NCBI GenBank assembly: GCA_965248355.1
Contig: OZ252098.1
Span: forward strand, 3,840,001 to 3,904,000
Length of the DNA: 64,000 nucleotides
Direction: 5' to 3'
DNA from: Candidatus Latescibacterota bacterium
GTDB taxonomy: Bacteria; Latescibacterota; UBA2968; UBA8231
The translations under genes and the position numbers were made by a program. The notes under the pieces were generated by a model. The model was not told the origin of the DNA. It worked only from the letters and a program-made list of their open reading frames with translations, and made no database searches. Shown here piece by piece: positions 38,201-48,275 of this stretch (within the stretch, counting starts at the first letter, position 1; every line of letters starts with the position of its first letter).

Positions 38201-39427
38201 TCAGGCGATGTCGCCGATGATCTGCACGGTCACGGGCCCGCCCGCGGCGACGGCCTGGTCCGGGTCGAGGACGACGATGCCGTTGGCCCCGAGCATGGAG
38301 GTGAGGATGTGGGAGCCCTGGGCCCGGTGGGAGGTGTTGGCCGTCAGACGGCCGTCGCCGTCGAGGCGCAGCCGCGCGCGCAGGAAGTTGCGGCGGTCGC
38401 CGTCGTTGGCCACGTCGTGCTCCATGCGGGCCCTGCTCTCCGGCAGCGGCCACTGGTCCCGCGGATAGCCGGCGGCCTTGCGCACCGCGGGGCCCACGAA
38501 CTGCAGGAACGACATCAGGCTCGACACGGGGTTGCCGGGCAGGCCGAAGTAGGGCCGGCCCTTCAGCATGCAGAAGAACAGGGGCTTGCCCGGCTTCATG
38601 GCCACGCGCCAGAGCACCTCCTCGGCCCCGAGGTCGTCGAGGACCTTCTTGACGTAGTCGTACTCGCCCACGGAAACGCCGCCGGAGGAGACCACGAAGT
38701 CGCAGGTGAGGGCGGTCTCCACCGAGGCGCGGATGGCGGCCTCGTCGTCGGCCACCGTGGGCAGCAGCACCGGCTCGGCCCCGCAGGCGCGGGCCACGGC
38801 GCCGAGGGCGGGGGTGTTGCTGTTGACGATCTGTCCGGGCCCGCGGGCCTCGTCGATCTCGACCAGCTCGTCGCCGGAGGAGAGCACGCCCACCGTGGGC
38901 CTGCGGCCGACGGGGACGAAGCTGCGCTGCACCGCCGCGAGGACGCCCACCTCCCCGGCGCCGAGCTCGGTGCCGGCGGGGATCAGGGGCTCGCCCTCGC
39001 GCATGTCCTCGCCGCGGCGGCGGATGTTGGCGCCCGGCTCGTCCTCCGGCACCAGGATTTCGACGCGGCCGCCGTGATCGCGGGTGTCCTCCACGCGGAT
39101 CACGGTGTCGCAACCGGCTGGGATCGGGGCGCCGGTCATGATGCGGCTCGCCTGCCCCGGCTCCAGCTTCATCTGGGGGACGCGGCCGGCGGGGATGTCC
39201 TCGATCACCGGCAGGGTGACCGGGCTCGCCTCGGTGGCGGCGGCCGTGTCGGCGAAACGGACGGCGAAGCCGTCCATGGCCGAGTTGTCGTGGGGCGGGT
39301 TGTCGTACGGGGCCGCCACGTCGGCGGCCAGCACCCGGCCGAGGGCCTTTGTGAGGGCGACGCGCTCCGGGCCCAGCGGGCGGATGCGCTCCAGGACGGC
39401 GGCGCGCGCCTCCTCGACGGTGAGCAT
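38201..39427 (-). CDS. moeA: Molybdopterin molybdotransferase MoeA
   Basis: [48 protein letters not shown]. Confidence 0.96.
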   Translation of the reverse strand: MLTVEEARAAVLERIRPLGPERVALTKALGRVLAADVAAPYDNPPHDNSAMDGFAVRFADTAAATEASPVTLPVIEDIPAGRVPQMKLEPGQASRIMTGAPIPAGCDTVIRVEDTRDHGGRVEILVPEDEPGANIRRRGEDMREGEPLIPAGTELGAGEVGVLAAVQRSFVPVGRRPTVGVLSSGDELVEIDEARGPGQIVNSNTPALGAVARACGAEPVLLPTVADDEAAIRASVETALTCDFVVSSGGVSVGEYDYVKKVLDDLGAEEVLWRVAMKPGKPLFFCMLKGRPYFGLPGNPVSSLMSFLQFVGPAVRKAAGYPRDQWPLPESRARMEHDVANDGDRRNFLRARLRLDGDGRLTANTSHRAQGSHILTSMLGANGIVVLDPDQAVAAGGPVTVQIIGDIA

Positions 39428-39438
39428 GCGGTCGGCCG

Positions 39439-40020
39439 CTAGACGGGCGCCTTGTAGTAGGGGTTCTTTCCGTTGGCGTGGTCGGTGACGTCGTAGATCT
39501 CCTCGATCTCGGGCACCGATTCCTTGATCATCACCTCGATTCCCTGCTTCAGGGTGACGTCGGCCATGCCGCAGCCCTGGCAGCCGCCCTCGAGCTGGAG
39601 GAAGACGGTCTTCTCCTTCAGGTCGATCAAGGAGACGCGGCCTCCGTGGCCGGAGACGGCGGGGTTGATCTTCTCCTCGAGGACGTGCTGAACCCTGTCG
39701 ACGAGAGTGCCGTCGACGCCCTCGGGCAGGCTGCGGGGGCGCTCGATCTTGAAGCCGGAGCCCATCAGGCCCTCGACGAAGTCGACGGTGGCCTCCTGGA
39801 CGTTGCCGCCGCTGGCGGGGTCGACGTACACGTCGAAGCCGTCGAAGGGGATGACCGCGTCCTCGTCGTTCTCCTGCCCTTCGCCGATGAAGGCCATCCG
39901 GTAGTCGACCTTCAGGGGGGAGACGGAGGTGGCGCCGATGCGCAACCCCTTGACGGGATTGGGGCTTTTGTCGATGAGATCGACGATCTTGCTGCGGGCG
40001 AGGTCGGTAATGGTCAACAT
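39439..40020 (-). CDS. nfuA: Fe-S cluster carrier NfuA (degenerate A-type domain + Nfu domain)
   Basis: INP.V..HGG, GGCQGC, TLKQGIE, DVTDH..G.NPYY. Confidence 0.92.
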   Translation of the reverse strand: MLTITDLARSKIVDLIDKSPNPVKGLRIGATSVSPLKVDYRMAFIGEGQENDEDAVIPFDGFDVYVDPASGGNVQEATVDFVEGLMGSGFKIERPRSLPEGVDGTLVDRVQHVLEEKINPAVSGHGGRVSLIDLKEKTVFLQLEGGCQGCGMADVTLKQGIEVMIKESVPEIEEIYDVTDHANGKNPYYKAPV

Positions 40021-40117
40021 GGCCGGGGATTCACCATTCTCGTGTCCTGGGTTTGCTGCACGTGGATGCTTCTGAATCTACCTTCATGGAGAGGTTCGTC
40101 AACGAAAGGCCCGGGAC

Positions 40118-40333
40118 ATGAGACACAACCTGGAGCAGATCCTCGAAGACTCGCGCTCCCCTGGCGTGGGGTTGCGCAAGCGCGCCGCACGCGAGCTGTG
40201 CCCCTGCGAGCTGAAGGCGGACGTGCTGGCCGTCCTCGAAGGCATGTACGACGATCCCGACCTCAAGCTGCGGCGCAGCGTGCGCCAGCGCCTGGCCAGG
40301 TACCGCCGGTCCGGCCGGATCAACCATCACTAG
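40118..40333 (+). CDS. Small HEAT-repeat-like protein with CPC motif (possibly internally deleted)
   Basis: R.RAARELCPC and DDPDLKLRR.V HEAT-like motifs; 71 aa; strong GC3 bias. Confidence 0.6.
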   Translation: MRHNLEQILEDSRSPGVGLRKRAARELCPCELKADVLAVLEGMYDDPDLKLRRSVRQRLARYRRSGRINHH

Positions 40334-40401
40334 AAGGGTCGCCGGGAGAAGAGTCCCGGGGCGCCTTGCCCGTCCCCGGCGTCGCGGCTGATCTTTCGCA
40401 C

Positions 40402-41298
40402 ATGAGCGATCTCACCCGACGCACCCTGGGCCGCACGGGCCTGGAGGTCACGCAGCTCGGCTTCGGAGCGGCCGAGCGGGGCCTGCCCGATTCGGCCGAC
40501 CACGACGCCCGGGCCGCCGGCGTGCTGCACGCGGCCCTCGACGCGGGGGTCAACCTCATCGACACGGCCCCCGACTACGGCGCCAGCGAGGAGCGCATCG
40601 GCCGCTGCGTCGGTCACCGCCGGCACGAGTTCTACCTGGCCACCAAGTGCGGCTGCAACATCGACGGGGACGGAAACCGGCTGCAGCCGGGTCACCTGTG
40701 GACCGCCGACCGCCTGCGCGCCAACATCGACCAGAGCCTCCGCCGCCTCGGTACCGACTGCGTGGACCTGCTGCAGATGCACAACCCCTCCGTGGAGGAC
40801 GTCGAGCGGGGAGGGCTGATCGAGGCCCTCGAGGAAATCCGGGCCGCGGGCAAGACCCGGTTCATCGGCGTCTCCTCCACGCATCCGCACCTGGCCGCCT
40901 TCGTCGCCTCGGGCGCCTTCGACGTCTTTCAGATCCCCTATTCCGCCCTCGAGCGCGAGCACGAGGGGATGATGCAGGAGGCGGCCGACGCCGGCGCCGG
41001 GATCCTCGTCCGGGGCGGCATCAGCCTGGGGCACCGGGCCGACGAGAGGCGCCAGGCCACGTGGGAGAAGGCGGGCCTCGAGGAGCTCGCCGGCGGCATG
41101 AGCCGCCACGAGTTCATCCTCCGCTTCACCCTCTCCCACCCGGCGTGCCACACCACGATCGTGGGCACCACCAGCCTCGATCACATGCGGTCGAACCTCG
41201 ACGCCGCCCGGTCCGGCCCCCTGCCCGCCGATCTCTACGCCGAGGCCAGGGCCAGGCTGGCGAGCATCGGCGAGAGCCCCCTCGAAGACCAATCGTGA
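40402..41298 (+). CDS. Aldo/keto reductase
   Basis: RRTLGRTGL.V..LGFG, IDTAPDYG.SE, LATKCG, SLRRLGTD.VDL.Q.H, GK.RFIGVS. Confidence 0.93.
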   Translation: MSDLTRRTLGRTGLEVTQLGFGAAERGLPDSADHDARAAGVLHAALDAGVNLIDTAPDYGASEERIGRCVGHRRHEFYLATKCGCNIDGDGNRLQPGHLWTADRLRANIDQSLRRLGTDCVDLLQMHNPSVEDVERGGLIEALEEIRAAGKTRFIGVSSTHPHLAAFVASGAFDVFQIPYSALEREHEGMMQEAADAGAGILVRGGISLGHRADERRQATWEKAGLEELAGGMSRHEFILRFTLSHPACHTTIVGTTSLDHMRSNLDAARSGPLPADLYAEARARLASIGESPLEDQS

Positions 41299-42374
41299 TC
41301 AACGAGCACGACCCCGGCCGCCGGGCGCAGCTGCAGGCAGCCCTGGAGGCCATGCCGCGGGTCGGCCTGGCGGCCCTGCCGACGCCTTTCGAGCCCTGTC
41401 CCGGCCTGTCGAAGGCGCTGGGGGGCCCGCGGATATGGATCAAGCGCGACGATCTCACGGGGCTGGCCGCCGGCGGCAACAAGACCCGGATGTTCGAGTT
41501 CGTCCTGGGGAAGGCCCTGGAGGAGGGGGTCGATACCGTCGTCGGCGGTGCGGCGGTGCAGTCGAACTACTGCCGCCAGCTGGCCGCCGCCTGCTCCCGC
41601 CTCGGTCTCGAGTGCCACTTGGTGCTGCGCAAGGTGCGCGGCGAGCGCGACCGGGAGGTGCAGGGAGGCCTGCTTCTCGATCTGCTCGTCGGCGCCCGGG
41701 TCGAGCTCGTCGAGGACGAGGGCAGCTGGGAGGAGCTCGGGGTCCGGATCCGGGAGAAAGGGCGGCGACTGACCGCGGAGGGGCGCAAGGTCCTGGTCGC
41801 CCGCGTCGGCGACGAATCGGGGATCGGGCTGTCGGCCGTCGGCTACGTGGCCGCCACCCTCGAGCTGCTCGACCAGGCCGAGGCCGCGCAGGTCCGCATC
41901 GATGAGGTCTGGCTCTGCTCCACCGACTCGACGCAGGCCGGCCTCGCCCTCGCCCTCAAGCACCTGCGGTCCCCGATCCGCCTGGTGGGCCTGCCGGCGC
42001 TGCCGGAACCGGTGACCGCGGGCTGGACCTTCGAGGAGTGCCTGTCCTCGGTGGCCACCGAGTGCGGGGCCCTCCTCGGCCTGGAGACGGCCGTGGAACC
42101 GGCGGAGATCGTCAGCAAGGTCGACTACGTAGGCCCCGGGTACGCCGTTCTCACCGAGGCTGCGCGGGAAGCCATGCTGATGGCCGGGCGGCACGAGGGC
42201 CTGCTGCTCGATCCGGTGTACACCTCCAAGGCCATGGCGGGACTCATCGATCACGTCCGGCGGGGCCTCATCCCGGCCGGGCGGAACGTCGTCTTCCTGC
42301 ACACGGGCGGCCTCCCCGCCCTCTTCGCCTACGCCGATTCCCTCGCTCTCGACGAGGCCCTGGACTCAGGCTGA
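41295..42374 (+). CDS. D-cysteine desulfhydrase / ACC deaminase family PLP enzyme
   Basis: IKRDDLTGLA.GGNK.R, VQSNY.RQ.AA, EG.LLDPVYTSKAM, FLHTGG.P; GTGA overlap. Confidence 0.9.
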   Translation: MINEHDPGRRAQLQAALEAMPRVGLAALPTPFEPCPGLSKALGGPRIWIKRDDLTGLAAGGNKTRMFEFVLGKALEEGVDTVVGGAAVQSNYCRQLAAACSRLGLECHLVLRKVRGERDREVQGGLLLDLLVGARVELVEDEGSWEELGVRIREKGRRLTAEGRKVLVARVGDESGIGLSAVGYVAATLELLDQAEAAQVRIDEVWLCSTDSTQAGLALALKHLRSPIRLVGLPALPEPVTAGWTFEECLSSVATECGALLGLETAVEPAEIVSKVDYVGPGYAVLTEAAREAMLMAGRHEGLLLDPVYTSKAMAGLIDHVRRGLIPAGRNVVFLHTGGLPALFAYADSLALDEALDSG

Positions 42375-42534
42375 TTCCGGCCCCCGATCCACCGTCGGCG
42401 GCCCTTTCGGAGAGGCGGGTTTTCTGGTGGCCGCCGGAGCGGGACCGTAACTTGTCGAAGATCCCCAGTTGGCCCAGGGTGCGCGGAGCAGACAGCACCT
42501 GATTTGACCATACCCCTACATCGAGGAGGATACC

Positions 42535-42996
42535 GTGCAGCGTCTTGAGACAGCCCTACTCGCGTCCCTGCTGACAGGGGTTCTCCTTGCTGCGGGCTGC
42601 GGCGGGGACGATCCCATGGAGCCGGAACCGGAGGTCGCCCCGCCCGATCTCAGCGGGAGCTATACCCTCCAGTCCTTCTCATCCGCCGTTGTCACGGGCG
42701 GCAATGCGCTGACTTCGCCTGTCGTCAGCGGCATGTTCACGCTGGAGCAGACATCCGTGGCCGGAGAGGAAGCCAGCGGGACGATGGCGCTGACCATTTC
42801 GGTGCCCGATGACGCCGGTGGAACCTTCACGATCGAGGACCAGGGGACCTACAAGAACCGCATGGACGGCCAATGGGAGCAGGCGGGCGACCTGCAGCAG
42901 GCCAAGGGGACCTACGAGCTCGAAGGCAATACCCTGACGCTGACTGTTACCGAGCCCGTCCTCGCCATCTCGAACACGGTCTGGCGCCGGCAGTAA
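42535..42996 (+). CDS. Lipoprotein (lipocalin-like beta barrel)
   Basis: GAGGAGG RBS + GTG; lipobox LAAGC; L.GSY.L and GTY…GNTLTL. Confidence 0.75.
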   Translation: MQRLETALLASLLTGVLLAAGCGGDDPMEPEPEVAPPDLSGSYTLQSFSSAVVTGGNALTSPVVSGMFTLEQTSVAGEEASGTMALTISVPDDAGGTFTIEDQGTYKNRMDGQWEQAGDLQQAKGTYELEGNTLTLTVTEPVLAISNTVWRRQ

Positions 42997-42997
42997 G

Positions 42998-45160
42998 GTG
43001 GCTCGGTCCGGCCTCTTCCGCTTCTCGTGCCGGGTCTGCCTGGCCGCGCTCCTGGCCCCCATCTGGCTGGGCGCCCAGGAGTCGGTGACGATCCGCGGCC
43101 TCGTCGTCAACGGGGAGACGGGGGCGCCGGTCGCCGGCGCCGAGGTGCTGGTGCGCTCGACGCCGCTGGGGGCCTTCACGGGCGAGGACGGAGGCTTCGA
43201 GATCGCCCTGCCCGGCGGCGGCATCCACACCCTCGTCGTTGTGGCCGACGGCTACCGAACCGTCGAGGGAGTGGTCGACACGGAGGCGGAGACGGAGGAG
43301 GACGGGGTGCCCCTGCGGATCTCGCTGGAGCGGCTCTTCTTCGAGGTTCCGGGCCTGACCGTGACGGCGAACCGCGGCACACATCCGGGTGACTCTCCCA
43401 CCTCCGTCGCCGTGATCGGCGGCGACGAGCTGCAGCGGCGGGAGGTCACCAACCTGAACGAGGCCCTGCCCTTCGCCCAGGGCGTGACCTTCAATGCGGG
43501 GCAGATGGACATCCGGGGTTCCAGCGGCCTCTCCCGGGGGGTGGGCAGCCGCGTGCTCATGCTGCTCGACGGCCACCGGACGCTCTCGGGAGTGGGCTCG
43601 TCCATCGATTTCGCGATCCTGCCGGTCCTCGACGTGGAACGGATCGAGATCGTCAAGGGCCCCCACTCGACGCTCTGGGGCAGCAACGCCATGGGCGGCG
43701 TGGTGAACGTGATCACCCGGCCGCCGGGGCGGGAAGCCCGGAGCGTGGTGCGCGGATACTACGGCCTCTTCGACACCCCCGTCGGGCAGGGCTTCTCCGA
43801 CCGGCGTCTCAGCATGCAGGGGCTTCAACTCCAGCATTCCCGCAGGATCGGTAAGGCCCACACGGCGCTGTTCGTGGCGCGCGAGAGCTCCGACGGTTTT
43901 CGGCAGAACGGCGGCACGGACGGTTGGCGGCTGCGGGGGAAGGCGGTCTTCGGGCCGCAGTCGGCGACCCCCCTGGAGCTGTTCGCCAGCTGGAAGCGCG
44001 ATGACATGGAGGAGTTCTTCACCTGGATGTCCGAGGATCGACGGCTGGAGATCGATCCGGTTTACCTGGGCGACTGGAGGCGTGAGTCGGACCTGATCAT
44101 CGGTCTCACGGCCACCCCGCTGGTGACGCCAAGGTTCAAGCTCGAGCTGCGGCCCCAGATCCTGCACTTCCGCTCGCGGAACTACTTCCACGACAACGAG
44201 GACTTCCACAACTCCACCCGCTACGGCACCGATCTTCAGCTCTCCCTCTTTTCGGTGGGCCGGCACACGGTGACGGTGGGCGGCGAGGCGGCGTACACCG
44301 GCGTGGAATCGAACTTCCTGGCGACCTCGAGCGTGACGGACGTGGCCCTCTTCGGTCAGGACGAGATCGAGCTCTCCGGGCGGTTGCGGGGTTCGGTCGG
44401 GGTCCGGTTGGACATGCACAGTGCGTCCCTGGTCGAGGACGACCTGGCGCTCAATCCCAAGATCGGCTTCGTCTACGAGCCCTCCGACCGTCTGAGCCTG
44501 CGGACCTCGCTGAGCCGCGGCTACCGGGCGCCGAGCGTCTCGGAGCAGTTCACCTCTACCACCGTCTTCGGCTTTCGGGTCGTGCCCAATCCGGGGCTGC
44601 GCGGCGAATCCGCATGGTCCGGCGAGATCGGGGCCACCGCGAGCCCTGGGGACCGGCTCTGGCTGGACGCGGGGCTCTTCTGGAGCGAATACTCCGGTCT
44701 GATCGAGGTAGCCAGCGCGCCGAAGCAACTCTTCACCTTCCAGTTCAGGAACCTGGTCGAAGCCAGGATCAGGGGGATCGACACGGGGCTGCGCGCGGAA
44801 CTGGTCCCCGACAAGCTCAATCTCCAGACGAACTACCTCTTCCTCGATTCCACGGACCTGGGCACGGGGGGCAAGCTCGCCTACCGGTCGCGCCATGTCG
44901 TCACCACTACCCTTTCGGGCTGGGACGATGTGGTCGCCCTCGACATGCGCTACCGCAGCCGGCCCGAAAAGGTCCTGCTCTACCCCCTCGACGAAGGCAG
45001 CGCCTTCGCCGTGGTGGACCTGCGGTTCAATCTCGGGGTCATGGGCATGGACCTGCAGACCAGGGTCGCCAACCTGCTTCAGGCGGAATACGTGGACATC
45101 CAGGAGCGGAACCCGGGAGCCTCACGGAGCATCCGCACCACCCTCACGTCCCGTTTCTGA
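42998..45160 (+). CDS. TonB-dependent receptor with N-terminal carboxypeptidase-regulatory-like domain
   Basis: G.VV..ETGAPV.GA.V; TVTA; IRG…VL.LLDG; IEIVKGP.STLWG.NA.GGVVNVIT; GYRAP; C-terminal Phe. Confidence 0.93.
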   Translation: MARSGLFRFSCRVCLAALLAPIWLGAQESVTIRGLVVNGETGAPVAGAEVLVRSTPLGAFTGEDGGFEIALPGGGIHTLVVVADGYRTVEGVVDTEAETEEDGVPLRISLERLFFEVPGLTVTANRGTHPGDSPTSVAVIGGDELQRREVTNLNEALPFAQGVTFNAGQMDIRGSSGLSRGVGSRVLMLLDGHRTLSGVGSSIDFAILPVLDVERIEIVKGPHSTLWGSNAMGGVVNVITRPPGREARSVVRGYYGLFDTPVGQGFSDRRLSMQGLQLQHSRRIGKAHTALFVARESSDGFRQNGGTDGWRLRGKAVFGPQSATPLELFASWKRDDMEEFFTWMSEDRRLEIDPVYLGDWRRESDLIIGLTATPLVTPRFKLELRPQILHFRSRNYFHDNEDFHNSTRYGTDLQLSLFSVGRHTVTVGGEAAYTGVESNFLATSSVTDVALFGQDEIELSGRLRGSVGVRLDMHSASLVEDDLALNPKIGFVYEPSDRLSLRTSLSRGYRAPSVSEQFTSTTVFGFRVVPNPGLRGESAWSGEIGATASPGDRLWLDAGLFWSEYSGLIEVASAPKQLFTFQFRNLVEARIRGIDTGLRAELVPDKLNLQTNYLFLDSTDLGTGGKLAYRSRHVVTTTLSGWDDVVALDMRYRSRPEKVLLYPLDEGSAFAVVDLRFNLGVMGMDLQTRVANLLQAEYVDIQERNPGASRSIRTTLTSRF

Positions 45161-45212
45161 TCCCGCCGCGCCAAGGCGGGGCCTGACGACCGTCCGTCCC
45201 CGCGGACCGGGG

Positions 45213-47924
45213 TCATTCCTCCTCCACCAGGGCGGCCGCCTCGAGCAGCCGGATCTCCTCGCACGGGACCGCGGGATAGTCCCGCACGGTGATCGACCTC
45301 TCCGAGGCGCTCTCGACCTCATACCCCGTGTCCGCCGCCAGGAGCCAGGTCCCCGGGAGGCTCTCCGCCTCGGGCACGCCTTCGGTGAGGTGGAAGGTGC
45401 GGCCTTCCACCGAGGCGACACCCCGTCGGATCTGCGCCTGGTCCGGACGAAGGCTGCGGCCGCCGCCGCGAAGGCTCGTGCCGCAGAGCAGGAAGGCCCG
45501 CCGCAGAATCCCCTCGTCGTCGACGGACGCGAAGCCGAACCGTCCCGTCATGGAGACCGGACCCAGGTCGCAGGCGCCCCCGTCCGGTGCGGAGAGGATG
45601 TAGTCGGTGCAGCCCTCCCGCTCGACGGCCACGGCCAGGGCGCCGGTGGCAGGATCGTCCAGCAGCAGCCTGGCACCATGCACGGGTGACTCCTCGATAT
45701 ATGGCGTGATGACGGCGGCGTAGCGGCTGACCAGGTCGGTGTTGCCCCGGCGCTCGGCCAGGATCTGCTGCACCGGTGGGGCGTGGAGCTGCTCGCCGGT
45801 GTCCGAGCGCCAGCCGGGGGCATCGGCGACGAGCAGGCGGTCGACGGGATTGAGGAGGGTGAGGTCCATGCGCACCTCCTCGTTGTGCCAAGTGGCGGTG
45901 AAGGGCTGTTGCGGCCGGCCGGCGCGCAGGTCCTGGAGCCATTCGATCTCCTCGTCCACGGGCTCCAGGTCGGCGCCTTGAAGGCCGGCGAGTCGCCCGT
46001 TGCAGTGGAAGCCGTACTGGTGCAGCCGGCCCCCGTCGACGCGGAAGAAGTCGACGGCGTAGGTCCCCTCGGGGATCCGGACGAGGGCGCAGGTGCGCTG
46101 GTAACGCCCGCACTGCTCGTACTGGCGGGCCGAGGCCTGCACGACCTCCACGCCGCCGCCGGCGCCGAAGAGCTCCAGGGCGGCGGCCTCGGTGTGGCCC
46201 ATCTGACTCTTCCCGTCCACGGTGACGATGTTGTGGGCGAGGGTGCTCCGGGTCCACGCATTTCTCGGGTCGTCCCAGATATAGCCGCGGTCGGCGGCCA
46301 TCTCCCTCCCGTGGGCGATGTAGATGAGGCCCAGGCTGTCGCAGTGGCGGTGGCCGCCGCAGGCGTAGCCGTTGAGGTACAGGGCCGTGTGCCCGTCAGG
46401 GTCACCGCCGCGCAGGACGGCCACGTGCCAGCCCGGGAACCACTCCGTGCGGCGCGGCAGGTCGGTCTCCCCCGCGGCTTTCAGATCGGGATCCCGGTGC
46501 CACAGGGCGTATTCCGTCCCCTTCTCGGACAGGGGGCCCCCCTGCGCCTTCTCCAGCAGGCCGGCGTAGCGGCCGCCGTAGTGGGCGGCCAGGACCTCGG
46601 CGTGGATGGGGTCGATACCCTGGCCGTCGTGGGAGTCCCCGATGACGGGATCCTGGAGGTTCGGGTCGAGCATGCGCACCATGCTCTCCAGGGCCAGGCG
46701 GTAGCGGTCGAACCGCTGGAAGGGATCCAGGTCTTCGAGGCGGGGCCCGCTTTCCGGCACGTAGCCCTCGGGGTCCGAGTACCCAGCGAGCACCTCGGGG
46801 ATGTCGCGCAGGAGGTTGAGGTGCATGGAGGAGTACCCCGGCGACTCGGTGCAGAAGCCGTCGAAGTGGAAGGCATCCTCCAGGAGGGCCTCCAGGCCCC
46901 GGATGGCCCGGCGCACGCTCTGCGGCTTCTCGAAGAGAATGCCCGCGGCGGCGCTCAGGGCGCGGCCGGGACCGCACTTGTTGTTGATGTCGTTCCAGTT
47001 CTCGGTGTCCGCCCAGCCGGCCAGGATCAGGTCGTCGACGATGCGGCGGTCCATCTGCGGCGTGATCACCGGAGAGCCGTCGGCGTGCCGGGCGCCGCGG
47101 ACCAGGTCCCAGGCGAGGGTGACCGAGAGGATCGCCCGGCCGTCGGAGCCGCTGCAGCCGAGGCGTCCGGCGCCCCAGAAGCCGTTGTTGAGGACGGAGT
47201 GGTCGCCGTTGCGGTGCCGCCCTTCGAAGGCGGTGATGATGGTCTCCGGGGGGAAGCGCCCGCCTGGCGGATGGGCGCCCATGGAAGCGGCCGCCTCCCC
47301 CGGCGGGCCGTCGGCGACGGTGCCGTCGTAGGAGTGGAAGAGCCAGGTGGGATAGCGCCGGGCCAGGCAGTCCAGGATCCAGGCCGACCACCGGGCGTAG
47401 CGCACGTCGCCGGTGAGGGCGTAGAGCTTGGCGAGGGGCAGCATCTTCTCGAAGCACCAGTTGATCTTCATCGAGCGGATGATCCCGGTCCAGCTCGTGT
47501 GCACGGGCCAGTTCACCCACTTGAAGGCGTGCCGGCCCGAGCTGTCCTCGGGATGGGCCCGTTCCTCGTCGGTCAGGTAGAACGTGAAGGTCTGGTCCAT
47601 CCGCGGGGCGGTCACGCTCCCGGTCTCGGGATGGTCGGGGCTGGGATACTCGGTCTGGCAGTACTTGCAGACCAGCCGGTCGGGGTCGCGGGGATCCCAG
47701 TCGTAGATGCCGGTCTCCCCCATGGTGGAGAGGCGGTTGACGCAGACCGGACAGTTCTGGCCGTACTGCGGCCAGGGGGTCAGCTCCGGCATCATCGCCT
47801 CGATGAAGCCGCGGTCCTGCTCCATGAGCCAGGCCACCTGCTGCTTCCAGCCTTCGAGGATGGCCTGCGCCCAGGTGTGGCGGGCCACGTTCTCCCGGGC
47901 CCTGTCGACGTCGAGAAGTGGCAA
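45213..47924 (-). CDS. Heparinase II/III-family polysaccharide lyase-like protein
   Basis: DG…ES.GY, GHRH.DSL, D.GY, TLAHN.VTVDG..Q; start uncertain (TTG 47924 after AAGGAG, or frameshifted longer N-terminus). Confidence 0.82.
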   Translation of the reverse strand: MPLLDVDRARENVARHTWAQAILEGWKQQVAWLMEQDRGFIEAMMPELTPWPQYGQNCPVCVNRLSTMGETGIYDWDPRDPDRLVCKYCQTEYPSPDHPETGSVTAPRMDQTFTFYLTDEERAHPEDSSGRHAFKWVNWPVHTSWTGIIRSMKINWCFEKMLPLAKLYALTGDVRYARWSAWILDCLARRYPTWLFHSYDGTVADGPPGEAAASMGAHPPGGRFPPETIITAFEGRHRNGDHSVLNNGFWGAGRLGCSGSDGRAILSVTLAWDLVRGARHADGSPVITPQMDRRIVDDLILAGWADTENWNDINNKCGPGRALSAAAGILFEKPQSVRRAIRGLEALLEDAFHFDGFCTESPGYSSMHLNLLRDIPEVLAGYSDPEGYVPESGPRLEDLDPFQRFDRYRLALESMVRMLDPNLQDPVIGDSHDGQGIDPIHAEVLAAHYGGRYAGLLEKAQGGPLSEKGTEYALWHRDPDLKAAGETDLPRRTEWFPGWHVAVLRGGDPDGHTALYLNGYACGGHRHCDSLGLIYIAHGREMAADRGYIWDDPRNAWTRSTLAHNIVTVDGKSQMGHTEAAALELFGAGGGVEVVQASARQYEQCGRYQRTCALVRIPEGTYAVDFFRVDGGRLHQYGFHCNGRLAGLQGADLEPVDEEIEWLQDLRAGRPQQPFTATWHNEEVRMDLTLLNPVDRLLVADAPGWRSDTGEQLHAPPVQQILAERRGNTDLVSRYAAVITPYIEESPVHGARLLLDDPATGALAVAVEREGCTDYILSAPDGGACDLGPVSMTGRFGFASVDDEGILRRAFLLCGTSLRGGGRSLRPDQAQIRRGVASVEGRTFHLTEGVPEAESLPGTWLLAADTGYEVESASERSITVRDYPAVPCEEIRLLEAAALVEEE

Positions 47925-48218
47925 GGGGGATGCTCCTTTCGATGACCATTGACTCTCGGGTTCTGCCGCGGTAACCTGGCGACAAGAGGGTGCCTGGCGC
48001 CAACGTCCGCTGGAGAAAGAGCCATGCCCGACTACGATTGCCATTTCCGGCCCAGGTCCTGCCGCATCGACGCGCCCTGGCCGGCAGGCACGCGTCGCAT
48101 CCCGCCTTTCACATGGCTCCGCGCACGGCGAACGACCTGCAAGGACGACGACCGCTGTTGCAGCCCGGTCCGGGCGCCGCAAGCGATGGCGGCCAGGCTC
48201 AGGACGGCTCTGCCCTCG

Positions 48219-48247
48219 TTGACGCGCACCAGGGTGCGGAGTAGGAT
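48219..48247 (+). promoter_or_regulatory. Sigma70-type promoter with palindrome in spacer
   Basis: TTGACG, 17-bp spacer, TAGGAT; spacer contains CGCACC-AG-GGTGCG (48225-48238). Confidence 0.6.
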
Positions 48248-48275
48248 CTGCGCCCATCCAGCCGGGAGCGGCCCC

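Noticed and set aside
35880..39113. Apparent giant ORFs (1077-aa acs, 1303-aa heparinase, 1051-aa DUF362, 897-aa GT2, 726-aa enolase-BNR)
   Set aside because: N-terminal extensions overlap real neighbouring genes in other frames; internal starts with an RBS or stop-start overlap explain them
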